The notes below the pieces were generated by a model. That model saw nothing but the letters and a program-made list of their open reading frames with translations. It searched no databases and had not been told where the DNA came from. Of a stretch of 64,000 bases of DNA, positions 51,949 to 61,940 are shown piece after piece (the first letter of the stretch is position 1; every line of letters begins with the position of its first letter). Origin of the DNA: an uncultured Chloroflexia bacterium (GTDB lineage: Bacteria; Chloroflexota; UBA6077; JACCZL01); assembly GCA_963765765.1 (NCBI GenBank), contig CAVXYC010000015.1, positions 224,001 through 288,000 on the forward strand. Direction: 5' to 3'. Made by a program: the position numbers and the translations under genes.

Positions 51949-52243
51949 GTGGTTGACAGGATACACCGTCGGTGTTCGCTGTTCGGGCGATAGTCACGTG
52001 ACGTTCGCCTCGTTCGAGGGCGATCTTCTCAAAGTTGGAGACCGTGTGCGGGTTCACGTCGACGATTCAATTCATACGGGTTGTGTCGTGATTGCACCGG
52101 CACAGCTTGTCGAAGATCAAGGGGGTGTTCCCGAAGCGCGTGCTGAGCTCGATCACACCCCGCTGGACAAACCATCAGGAGACGCAGCGCGTCTTTTCAC
52201 GTCGCTCGATCTTCCCGACGACATACTGCCGCCTCTAAGGTAG
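51947..52243 (+). CDS. Short protein resembling the N-terminus of YaaT/RicT (PSP1)
   Basis: VGVR...LKVGDRVRV...GCVVIAP; directly after holB. Confidence 0.5.
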   Translation: MWLTGYTVGVRCSGDSHVTFASFEGDLLKVGDRVRVHVDDSIHTGCVVIAPAQLVEDQGGVPEARAELDHTPLDKPSGDAARLFTSLDLPDDILPPLR

Positions 52244-52256
52244 AGATCGGCGGAGA

Positions 52257-52946
52257 TCAGGTCCTCTGGACGGTTTTAACAACCGACGCCACGATCAGAA
52301 GCACAGTGATGAGGCCGACTGCGATGGTTGCTGGAGAGAGAATCGACAAAGGGCTGGAGGCGGTAGCGGCGGATTCACGGGCAGTCAGTGCTTCTAACCT
52401 CGTTGTGTCGGCGATGCTCCCCGATGGTTCTGCGGCTGGCTCTGCTCTGCGGGCCACGGAGGTAGGTGCGGAGGCAGGCGGCCCGGGAGCCGCGGCGTTG
52501 GCACCGGCCGCTGATGCGCCGTACGGTATCGCGTTCACAGGTTGACCGTCGGACGACATTATCGTTGAGATAGCTCTGGGCTGAGCCGATGGTGCAACCG
52601 GTGCGATTCCAGCAGGTGAGCTGATGGCCGCGAAATCGGCGCTGAGCATCACCACGAAGAGCGCTGCCGCTACGGCCGCGAGCCCTCGGATGCCAGTACT
52701 CCAGCTCAAGAGTCTCGACCAGAACCTCGTCCGGGGCGCCTGTACGATCAAAAATGATCGCGGCAGAGGTGGGTCGGGCAGTGCACGCAAGGCGTGTACC
52801 GTAAATCTCAAGTCCTGAAGTGTCTGGCTGCACTCTTCGCATCGCCCGAGATGCGCGCTCGCGGTGGCTCGCTCCGCAGGAGCGAGCCGGTCATCCAGGT
52901 ACGTGCTGATTTGTTCATCGGTTAGATGGATGTTTAGATCATGCAT
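52257..52946 (-). CDS. Membrane-anchored zf-HC2 anti-sigma factor
   Basis: ISTYLDDRL...HLGRCEEC, PRSF, two hydrophobic segments. Confidence 0.85.
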   Translation of the reverse strand: MHDLNIHLTDEQISTYLDDRLAPAERATASAHLGRCEECSQTLQDLRFTVHALRALPDPPLPRSFLIVQAPRTRFWSRLLSWSTGIRGLAAVAAALFVVMLSADFAAISSPAGIAPVAPSAQPRAISTIMSSDGQPVNAIPYGASAAGANAAAPGPPASAPTSVARRAEPAAEPSGSIADTTRLEALTARESAATASSPLSILSPATIAVGLITVLLIVASVVKTVQRT

Positions 52947-52955
52947 AAAATACGA

Positions 52956-53565
52956 CTACGTTTCAGTAAGACGTTCAGCCGCGCCGGGAAGTTCCCCTCG
53001 TGTGCGCAATAGCGTTCGGAGTCGCGCCCGGGCTCGGCTCAATCGAGACTTAACCGTTCCGAGCTCGGCTCCCGTGATTTCAGCTGCCTTCTTCATATGA
53101 AAGGCCCTGCACGTCGCACAGGGTCACGATGGTCCGCTGATCGAGCGGCAATGATTGAATGGCCAAGTCTATCTCGGCGGCCGTCTCTGCGCGCATAGCC
53201 GTGCGCTCCGGATTGCTTTCTAGATCGTCTGGCGGATCAATCGGGTCGTCATCGTCATCTTCGCCCTCGAGCGAGTCCTCGCGGCGGCGTTTGCGCTTAC
53301 GGAGCTGGTCGTAGCAGCAGCGTACCGCGATTCGGAAAAGCCACGGGCGAATCGCCTCGCCTCGAAATCCATTGATTGCGCGATAAGCATTAACGAAAGC
53401 GTCCTGAGTTGCGTCGGCAGCGTCATCAGGATTCCCTAGCAGGCGGTACGTCAGACTGTAGACTGGCCGCTCATGTTCCAGGACGAGTCTATTGAACGCG
53501 TCAACGTCGCCATCACGGGCTCGCCTGAGAATCGCGGAGTCATCAACATGCCTGGGTGCGGTCAT
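52956..53565 (-). CDS. ECF sigma factor; frameshift near 53088
   Basis: DAADATQDAF, WLFRIA, GLSYEE; region 4 GTVKSRLSRAR continues in another frame. Confidence 0.88.
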
Positions 53566-53648
53566 CGAGTGCTCAATGAATTCTGTACCCGGAAAAGTGC
53601 GCTGCGATAATACGCATTTTCCCAGCCTGATCGCCGGCGCCACGTATC

Positions 53649-54873
53649 ATGATAGCTATGGCGTCGGTTCCCCGAGAGTGGAGCGGTAAGCTCAGCGGTC
53701 TTGCGGCCAGGTCTGTGCCTCGTCCCAGCCCACTTGACCTCTCACTCTTTGGGGTTAGCTGGCGATCGCTGTGGCGAGTGCTCCTCGTCGTATCCATGTG
53801 CACGCTGGCGCTCATTTGTAATCCCGGAGCGCACGCGATGCCCCTAAGAGTGTATCTGGCGACTCGCGCTGACACCTTCAATCTCATCGAATGGGAGGCC
53901 CATCAGCTCATTGCGCACGCCGGCACAATCGGTACTGACCTTCAGCGCTCATCCGAAATCGATCCAGCGGATCTCCAGATAATTCGAGAGTACTTGCTGA
54001 CGCCGAGAGGTGCACGCGATGCGTCACGGTGGAATTCCGAGCGTGCCATCGAGCGGCAGCTCAGTGCTTTGATTGACGCTCAAGGCATAGCCCGCCTGCC
54101 TCAGATTCCGATTCCCGGATTATTTCCACCGGTGGCCTTCCGATTCACGTCCCCTCCACGGGTCCTGGTTGTTGCTCCTCGGGACCGTTTGGTGGTGCAG
54201 CAGTCGGTGCTCCTGGAGCCGAGTGTCACCGAGTCCGAGTCGTCAAGCGTTGAGCAACGTGTTGCCGATCTGGGCGTGTCTACGCTCGTGACGCCGATTG
54301 GCGGTCTCGCGACATACCCATCCATGGTCGTGGAAACGTCGCGAGCGTCGGACGTATTGGCCTCTGTTGCCCACGAGTGGGTCCATGCCTATCTTTTCTT
54401 CCGTCCTCTTGGAACTGTGTACTGGTCAACCCAGCAGGGGCGCGCGATTAACGAGACTGTTGCGGACCTTGCCCGGCAGAGAGCTCGGCGCGTTGTTGGC
54501 CGAGCGTGCCGAGCTACCGCCACCACCGGTGACCGAAGCACCCGGCGGCAGCGATCAGCGGTTTCGACAGGAGATGAGGATCACGCGGCTTGAGGTGGAG
54601 CGCTTGCTCTCCATCGGTGCTATCGACGATGCCGAGCAGTACATGGAGAGGCGGCGGTTGGAGCTCGATGCGATGGGGTATCGGATACGGCGGCTGAACC
54701 AAGCGTACTTTGCATTCTATGGGAGCTACGCGGAAGGGGCGGCCGGAGATGATCGTATTGGAAAGCTTGTGCGCGACCTCCGGGCGTCTGCGCCTTCGCT
54801 TGCATCCTTTCTCGCCAGCGCATCCACCGTACAATCCGTTGATGATTTGCAGCGGTTGCTAGATCAGCCGTGA
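53649..54873 (+). CDS. Putative zinc metallopeptidase-like protein; frameshift near 54473, start uncertain
   Basis: AHEWVH plus downstream NETVA; C-terminal RRLNQAYFAFYGSY in another frame. Confidence 0.7.
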
Positions 54874-54910
54874 TCGGCCCAGCACATTTTTCTGGGAGGA
54901 CAACGACGCA

Positions 54911-55477
54911 ATGCACGCACGTGACGACGCGGTAGCGCTACTCCATGAGCTGACCAAGAGCGATAGCCTCCGTAAGCATGGTCTGGCGGTTGAAGCGTCA
55001 ATGCGCGCCTTTGCACGAAGGCTTGGGGGAGACGAAGAAACCTGGGGAATCGTCGGTCTTTTGCACGATTTTGACTATGAGGCCCATCCGACCATCGATG
55101 AGCATCCATTTGTTGGCGCTCAGATCCTCAAAGATCGTGGCTGGTCGCAAGAGATCATCGATGGCGTCCTCGCCCATGCTCCGTACTCCGGTGTAGCGCG
55201 TGACACGCCCCTCAAGCAGTCCATCTTTGCTGTGGACGAGCTCAGCGGGTTCGTTATGGCGTGCGCGCTGGTGTACGGACGCAGCTTCGGGAATCTCGAT
55301 CCGTCGCGCATTCGTAAGAAGCTAAAAGACAAATCCTTCGCACGTCAGGTCAATCGCGACGACATACGCGTGGGGCTAGACGAAATTGGCGGTGATCCTG
55401 ATGAGCACATTCAGTACGTCATCGATGCACTGAAAGACGTCGCCCCGGAGCTGGGGCTGAGTGCGGAGCCGACTTAG
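54911..55477 (+). CDS. HD/HDIG-domain phosphohydrolase
   Basis: KH.LAVEA.M, GLLHDFDYE, AVDELSG, KDKSFA. Confidence 0.88.
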   Translation: MHARDDAVALLHELTKSDSLRKHGLAVEASMRAFARRLGGDEETWGIVGLLHDFDYEAHPTIDEHPFVGAQILKDRGWSQEIIDGVLAHAPYSGVARDTPLKQSIFAVDELSGFVMACALVYGRSFGNLDPSRIRKKLKDKSFARQVNRDDIRVGLDEIGGDPDEHIQYVIDALKDVAPELGLSAEPT

Positions 55478-55495
55478 GCGACTTTCGAACGTCGC

Positions 55496-56254
55496 TCAGG
55501 CTCGGCGAAGCACCGCTCGCGCATACGTCTCGAGCGTTCCGCCAGCCACCAACAGACACAACGCAAGTCCCAGCGGCCCTTCTCGGTAGCCAGAATCGCT
55601 GAGAAATCGACGCGAGAATTCGCGTAACGGCTGGCCAACGACGGCACGTATGCGCGGGCGTTCTCCACGCCGAATCATGCCTGCCGCCGCGATCCGTGCA
55701 TACCCTCTCTGGCGTTGCCAGAACTCGCCTAGCGAGCTGTAGTTCAAATGCACCAGGGGCTCGGCGAGGTTTCCTGCGGGGCCGTCCAGCCCCGCGACCT
55801 CATGGACCGGTAGGTCGGGTGGATAGCTGGCGTGGCCTTTGCGCAACAATCGGAGCTGCCGATCCGGATACCAACCCGCATGCTTGATCCAGCGCCCACA
55901 GATAATGTTCTGCCTGGGAACCCAGTACCCCACGTTCGAGACATCTCCCTCTACGACACTTCGGATCTCTCTAGCGAGTGTTGTGGGAATGCGCTCGTCG
56001 GAATCCACGAACATGATCCAATCACTGGACGCCAGCTCCAGGGCGGCATTGCGCTGCTCGGCAAAGGTCGTGAATTTGCGGTGGTGAACCTGGGCGCCAG
56101 CATCTCTGGCGAGCTGAGCCGTCGTGTCGGTGGTGGCATCGTCGACAAGTACGACACGCTCGTCCGCCCAGCTTAGCGAGTCGAGGCAATCAGTGATGCT
56201 CCTCGAGGAATTGAGGGCCAGGACCACCCCGCTTATTGTTTGGGGCTGGCTCAC
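55496..56254 (-). CDS. Glycosyltransferase family 2 (KdtX/WaaE-like)
   Basis: FAEQRN, VDSDE, WYPD.QLRL, VHE. Confidence 0.88.
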   Translation of the reverse strand: MSQPQTISGVVLALNSSRSITDCLDSLSWADERVVLVDDATTDTTAQLARDAGAQVHHRKFTTFAEQRNAALELASSDWIMFVDSDERIPTTLAREIRSVVEGDVSNVGYWVPRQNIICGRWIKHAGWYPDRQLRLLRKGHASYPPDLPVHEVAGLDGPAGNLAEPLVHLNYSSLGEFWQRQRGYARIAAAGMIRRGERPRIRAVVGQPLREFSRRFLSDSGYREGPLGLALCLLVAGGTLETYARAVLRRA

Positions 56255-57165
56255 TGATTGCTCAGGAGCGATCTACACGCGCGAATGCGGTCCGCGGCCT
56301 GGCGTTTGGAGATCGTTCCTTTGCGGGCCAGCGAATCCACGTGGTTCATCTCTCTACGAAGCCCTAATTGAGCGATAAACTCGGCCGCTTGACGAAATGG
56401 ACGACCGTAATGCTTCTGGTACAGCAGCGACCGGCTTTTATGAAGCTGTTTGAACATCGCCGCGCTGCGCTGCTCGGTGCTCTTACCTCCGTGGTGAACA
56501 ACGACAGCGCCTGGGTGATGGTAAATCTCCCATCCCCGTTCGCGTGCTCGCATGCACCAATCGACTTCTTCGCAATACATGAAGAACGACTCGTCCAGTA
56601 GCCCTACGTCGTCGATCGCCGACCGCGATATCAGCATGCATGCTCCCAACGGGTGATCGACTGCGAATGGCTCATGGCGAGGACCGTAGCGTCCATTCAA
56701 GCGGGATTTCAGGATCCTCGCATGTACTGGAAAGAAGTCAAGCAAAATCTGTCCCATGCCCGGGAAGTGGAACGCGGAGTCCTGCGGCGCACCATCTGGA
56801 TATATGAGTCGCGGTCCCACCGCGGCTAGCCACGGACGCTGGGCAAGAAATGAAGAGAGCGTTGGCAGGGCGTCGTGCAGAAGCTCGGCGTCCGGATTGA
56901 GCAACAGGAGTTGTTCGCCGCGCGCCATGCGCAAGCCCACATTGGTCCCCGCTGCAAATCCAACATTACGCGTGAGCTGGACGAGGCGAACATTGGAGAA
57001 CTTCTCCCGTACCATCCTGGGAGAGCCATCATCCGATGCGTTGTCCACAACGATGATCTCGACGCCATCGACCAGCTTGCTCGATTGTATGAGGGACTGA
57101 ATGGCACGATCGAGGAGGGCGACAGTGTTATAGGACACAACGATTGCTGAAATCCGGCCAGGCAT
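56251..57165 (-). CDS. Glycosyltransferase family 2 (WbbL-like)
   Basis: VVDNASDD, NVGFAAG.N, LLNPD, LDESFFMYCEEVDWC. Confidence 0.9.
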   Translation of the reverse strand: MPGRISAIVVSYNTVALLDRAIQSLIQSSKLVDGVEIIVVDNASDDGSPRMVREKFSNVRLVQLTRNVGFAAGTNVGLRMARGEQLLLLNPDAELLHDALPTLSSFLAQRPWLAAVGPRLIYPDGAPQDSAFHFPGMGQILLDFFPVHARILKSRLNGRYGPRHEPFAVDHPLGACMLISRSAIDDVGLLDESFFMYCEEVDWCMRARERGWEIYHHPGAVVVHHGGKSTEQRSAAMFKQLHKSRSLLYQKHYGRPFRQAAEFIAQLGLRREMNHVDSLARKGTISKRQAADRIRACRSLLSNQ

Positions 57166-58377
57166 CAGTAGCCGATCTCGATCCAGGTGCCACCAACGCG
57201 ATCGTCGTGGAAGGCGATGCCCTCGTGGATCAAACCTGCGTAGACAAAGATGCGATTATTGAGCGGGCCGACCTGGCGGTCTAGCGCTGGACCATGTTCC
57301 ACGCGTAACTGGCCTTCCACCGTGGTCTCATCGCCGGGCGCCAGGTCCGTGGGGAACCCCCATCGGTACGGGTATTTCGAGCCGGTGCTGGTGGGCGAAC
57401 CAGCCCAGTCAACGCCCAGACGCCAGCTTCCTAATCGATCGATGAATTGGTGATTGGCTATGGAGCCGAAGCTATCGAAGCTGCTGTATTCATAGCCGGG
57501 CAGGGGGCCGTTCGTCCGCAGTGGCAGCGTTCCGGTATTGCGCACCAGGGCTCTGACCGTTAGCACCTCCCCCACCATCAAGCGCTGTGGGGTGAAGTCC
57601 ACCCGTACGATGCGGCCCTCGGGATTGCCACTCGCGGAGACGATCAGCGGCACTTCGGTCTGGGCAACGTTTCCGGCCGCGTCCGAAGCTCGCACGAGGT
57701 AGCGGTACGCCCCGTCCGGCACCGGTTTCTCTTTCGCTGTGCCGTCCCAGCGCTCGGCGTACTCACCGGGCTCGAGGAGCTCAGTGCCTCCAACGTAAAC
57801 GCGGTTGTTCGATTGATCCAGCACCAAACGCTGTACGCGTGCACGCTTGGTTAGCCGATAGCTGACTGTTGCCACGTCATCGGCGCCGTCAAAATTCGGG
57901 GAGATCGATGGCGGAAAGGCCGAGAGGTTCTCAATGGCTGGGGGTTCCGTGTCTGCGCCGCGAACTTCGATCGCCTGTCGTCGCTCCGCCTTCTGGCCGC
58001 TCGAGTCAGCCGCCGCAAGCACCAGCTCATACGCTCCGTCATCCAGCACTCGCCTTCGCGGCGAGTCCAGTGACTCAGGTACCGCCCCGTCGAATGGATA
58101 GACGTAGGTCTCGTTTGGTCGGCGCGGCTCGTCCGACCTCAGCGCATACGCAGGATCCGGACCTCGAGACGATCGAGACGCTCAAGGTCGATGGTCGGCT
58201 CACCCGGTACGTTAAGTCCAGACGGTCGCCCCGAACATCTGGTGTGAGCACGTCCTTGCTGGCAGTGAGATCAATGGTGAGTGGGGCGCTGGCGGTGCAG
58301 CCGGCTATGGCGGCAGCAAGGGAGAGGCCTGCGAGGAGCACCGCTCCTCGTTGCCATCGATTGTGCTGATGGGGCAT
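57165..58377 (-). CDS. Putative lipoprotein with FlgD-like Ig domains, frameshifted
   Basis: Lipobox-like IAGC; ISPNFDG.DD, WDG...VPDGAY, ASDAAGN; split between ORFs 58075-58377 and 57165-58049. Confidence 0.7.
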
Positions 58378-58975
58378 GGCGGGAGGCTATCAGAGGGTGA
58401 AGGAAACAGGCAATAACAACACAAACGTCTTGGAGTAGCTACTCCAGGGCGTTTCGGGATTGTGGCTGGTTCAGGCGGCCAACGCCCAGCGTTACGGAAT
58501 CGAAATAGTGACGGCGTCCGTGTGGAGGTGGCCGTAGCTGTGGCGCTATTCCGAGACTCGCGGGTTGGGGTGGGCGCTGGCTGATTCACTGGCGTTGACG
58601 TAGGCGCGACAGCGTACGCGAACGGATCAGGCGCGGGAGGCGCTGGTGGGGCAATCGCCTGAATTGTGGCCCACGACAAGGGATCCTTCTCTGCTTGCCG
58701 GAACGCCTTGGTCAGATCCGTGTCAGGAAGCTGCTCCTTGCGGAATGGTCCACGTTGAGCTCCATGTCATATTGACGCAGAAACGGCGAATCGGGCTTCT
58801 GAGATTCAAAGTCCGCGGGCAGATACTGCTCCGAGTTGGGTACCAGCGACCCTAACACGCAGATGTCGGGATTTTCGCCACAGCGGCACTACGGATATTG
58901 TTACAAATTCGTAACGGAACCGAGGCGGAGATGTGTCTACTGCCGTCTACGTTCGTCGGACGGCTGATATTCTGG

Positions 58976-59533
58976 CTACTCCCCGGCCGTAGGCGGTTCC
59001 TCGTGCATGACGGCTTGCCATACCCTGGCGCTCAGCTTACGAGCGAGGATGCCGGCTATGGCTAGCGCGCCGGCGGTAAGGACGGTCCACATAACTTTCT
59101 TGAACATGCTCTGCTCCGATTTAACCGCGAGCTCGTTGGCGGGCTGGATTTCGGCCAGGCTTGTGAGACTGGATCCTGATAAAGCAAGCACTTCTCGTGC
59201 CTGAGCCACTGCGTCCCCGATAAGGCGCGCCGCTTCATCCTGGGATGACTCTCGGAAAGCGGCTAGCCGCGCTGCCGCCGTCTGCTTTTTCTTGCGCGAC
59301 CTAGCTGAGTTGACAGCCAACAGCACTGTGCCAAGTGCAATTCCAGCGCCAATACGGGCAACCACTTCTGGCTTCTCCTCAACCATCCGTAGCGCCCAGT
59401 CGCGAGCGTCGTTGGCGTGAGCCCGGACGTCGAGCATCTCGTTGATCCGCTTGTCAAGCTCTGAAGCCGCGTCCGTGATTTCGAGTCGAAGGCTGGTTAT
59501 CTCCCGTTGCGTATCAGCGGACGTTTGGCCCAT
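58976..59533 (-). CDS. DUF3618-like membrane-associated protein
   Basis: MGQTSADTQREI...EL N-terminus; C-terminal RVWQAVMHEEPP. Confidence 0.65.
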   Translation of the reverse strand: MGQTSADTQREITSLRLEITDAASELDKRINEMLDVRAHANDARDWALRMVEEKPEVVARIGAGIALGTVLLAVNSARSRKKKQTAAARLAAFRESSQDEAARLIGDAVAQAREVLALSGSSLTSLAEIQPANELAVKSEQSMFKKVMWTVLTAGALAIAGILARKLSARVWQAVMHEEPPTAGE

Positions 59534-59916
59534 GCCAGATCCTCCCTGAGTGTTTCACGGGTTCGCGCTATGGGGTTGATCATCACGCGATCCTTCCCGC
59601 GCAGCGCAAGAATCGCTCCTGTTATCCCGAGGATGAGAGTGATGACGAGCGAGCTAATCCAGCCTCCGTACCTGGGGAAAATGGCCTCGAGGCCCATAAT
59701 AATTGTGACGAGAAGAAATATCGCGGTCATGAAGAGAAGCACGGCGCCGACGATGAGAAGCGCACTGGCCTTGCCGACCTGAATCAGGTTCTCTTCGAGC
59801 TCCTGCTTGGCCAGCTCGATCTGCCGCTCGACGGTGTCGTGGACACCATTGATGATTCGCCGAACCAAGTCGCTAACTGATTGTCGCTCTGTCGGCGGGA
59901 GCTGCTCCGTCGCCAC
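59497..59916 (-). CDS. YqjE/DUF1469 (Phage_holin_3_6) membrane protein
   Basis: SVSDLV...QIELAKQEL, two TM helices, TRETLREDL.W; SD GAGGAGG. Confidence 0.8.
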   Translation of the reverse strand: MATEQLPPTERQSVSDLVRRIINGVHDTVERQIELAKQELEENLIQVGKASALLIVGAVLLFMTAIFLLVTIIMGLEAIFPRYGGWISSLVITLILGITGAILALRGKDRVMINPIARTRETLREDLAWAKRPLIRNGR

Positions 59917-60115
59917 CGTGACCTCCTCGTCTGGATGAGATTGGGGTCGCACAACGAGTCGCGGCTGCCCGGGTGTCCCTCTCGTTTCCGATTCTACCAG
60001 GGTGATTGTCGATTCGCGGAGGGGCTGCCGCTCCAGTGCTCAGTCTGACGAATCTCAATGGCGATTCATTCAACATTAAGGTGAACGCCTCGTGCAAGTG
60101 ATACATTGGGTATTG

Positions 60116-60144
60116 TTGATGGCCGGCATGGCCATTCCTATAAT
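60116..60144 (+). promoter_or_regulatory. Sigma70-type promoter for the ABC exporter operon
   Basis: TTGATG-17 bp-TATAAT. Confidence 0.65.
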
Positions 60145-60282
60145 CTCCTTGCTGCCAGGCAGCCGGTCGGAATCCTCCGACACTCAACCGATGATGGCGT
60201 GCTCATGGTGAGTGTGAGACCTCGCGACGCGAGTTGTTACCATCCACCTCTCCGTGCATGTGCGCTCGATGATTAGGATCCC

Positions 60283-61230
60283 ATGATCAGCGTAGAAGAC
60301 CTCAACAAGTACTACGGTCCACGACGTGTTGTTTCTGACGTCTCGTTCTCGGTGGAAAAGGGCGAGATCCTGGGGTTTCTAGGACCCAATGGCGCTGGTA
60401 AGACCACTACCATGCGCGTTCTCACCGGTTTCCTGCCCGCCTCGAGCGGAACGGCAGCGATTGCTGGATTTGATGTTTTCAAGCAGCCAATCGAAGCTCG
60501 CCGCCACCTCGGTTACCTGCCAGAGAATGTTCCGCTCTATACGGAGATGACCGTTGGGGCCTATCTCGATTTCATGGCCAAGATCAAAGCGATCCCTGGC
60601 GGCGTGCGCAAGGCGCGCGTCGAAGAGGCCATGGAGCTCACGGATATCACTGACCGACGCGGTCAGCTCATCGGAAAGCTTTCCAAGGGGTACCGACAGC
60701 GGGTCGGACTTGCGCAGGCCGTGCTCGGGAAACCGCCCGTGCTCATCCTGGATGAGCCGACCGTTGGCCTCGACCCGCGCCAGATCATTGAGGTCAGAAA
60801 TCTCATCAAGAGCCTGGGCGGCGAGCACACCGTTATCCTGAGCACCCACATCCTGCCTGAGGTCAGCATGACCTGCAGCCGGGTCGTCATCATCGCCGAT
60901 GGGCGCGTGGTAGCCATGGATACGCCGGACAACCTGGCGCACCGGCTCCGCGGTTCAGAGAACATTCGCCTCGAAGTCCGAGGCCCGCAAAATGAAGTGA
61001 TCAAGCGGCTCCGCGACCTGCCACGGGTGCTCAGGGCTGACGGTGAGTCCATGGGAAATGGGCACGTGGCGGTTACCGTGGCGTGCGATGCCAACACCGA
61101 TCTGCGCGAAGATCTGGCGAGGTCGGTCGTTGAAGGGGGCTGGGGGCTCCTGGAGATGCGCCCAGTGGGTATGAGTCTCGAGGAGGTCTTTTTGCAGCTC
61201 ACAACATCGGAGGAGCCGGAGACGGCATGA
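60283..61230 (+). CDS. ABC-2 type ATP-binding protein (GldA-like)
   Basis: GPNGAGKTT, LSKGYRQR, LDEPTVGLDP, STH. Confidence 0.93.
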   Translation: MISVEDLNKYYGPRRVVSDVSFSVEKGEILGFLGPNGAGKTTTMRVLTGFLPASSGTAAIAGFDVFKQPIEARRHLGYLPENVPLYTEMTVGAYLDFMAKIKAIPGGVRKARVEEAMELTDITDRRGQLIGKLSKGYRQRVGLAQAVLGKPPVLILDEPTVGLDPRQIIEVRNLIKSLGGEHTVILSTHILPEVSMTCSRVVIIADGRVVAMDTPDNLAHRLRGSENIRLEVRGPQNEVIKRLRDLPRVLRADGESMGNGHVAVTVACDANTDLREDLARSVVEGGWGLLEMRPVGMSLEEVFLQLTTSEEPETA

Positions 61231-61940
61231 ACTCAGTCTTTGCAATTGCTCAGCGTGAGCTCAAGTCTTACTTTGCCTCACCCGTTGCATATGTGGTGAC
61301 AGGCTTGTTCCTGGTGATGTCGGGTTACCTTTTCTCTGCCATCCTGGTGCAATCTCAAGAAGCCTCGATGCGCTTCATCATGCAGAACTTGAGCGTAATT
61401 TTTCTCTTCATCATGCCTTTCTTGACGATGCGGCTTCTGGCTGAAGAGCAGCGTACGGGCACCGTTGAGATCTTGCTCACAAACCCGGTGCGAGATCACG
61501 AGCTCGTTCTCGGCAAGTTCCTCGGAGCCACGGTTTTCTTTCTAGTGATGCTGCTTTTCACCCTCTACTACCCATTCCTGCTGTTCACGTACGGCAACCC
61601 CGATCGCGGACCGATCATGTCGGGTTACCTGGGGCTCCTATTGCAGGGCATGGCTTTTCTGGCGGTTGGCTTGTTCGCTTCGTCGCTCACTCAGAATCAG
61701 ATCATCGCGGCGGTTCTTACCTTCACCGTGCTGCTGGTGCTCTGGCTAGCCGAAGCTGCGTCCAACATCTTGGGCTCCCCAATGAAAGACATCCTGCGCT
61801 ATTTGAGCATCACTAGTCATTTCCAGGACTTTCCGCGGGGCGTGATTGACACGGCCCACATCGTTTACTTCTTGAGTCTTGTGGTGGCGAGCTTGTTCCT
61901 CGCCACGCTTTCTCTGCAAACACGGCGGTGGAACGGTTGA
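61227..61940 (+). CDS. ABC-2 permease (GldF-like)
   Basis: YFASPVAY, MRLLAEE..TGT.E.LLT.P, TQNQIIA. Confidence 0.9.
   Translation: MNSVFAIAQRELKSYFASPVAYVVTGLFLVMSGYLFSAILVQSQEASMRFIMQNLSVIFLFIMPFLTMRLLAEEQRTGTVEILLTNPVRDHELVLGKFLGATVFFLVMLLFTLYYPFLLFTYGNPDRGPIMSGYLGLLLQGMAFLAVGLFASSLTQNQIIAAVLTFTVLLVLWLAEAASNILGSPMKDILRYLSITSHFQDFPRGVIDTAHIVYFLSLVVASLFLATLSLQTRRWNG

Noticed and set aside
59497-59916. Holin-family genes (also 27172-27487) as prophage evidence
   Set aside because: Both families are common chromosomal membrane proteins; no phage structural, lysis or integrase genes nearby
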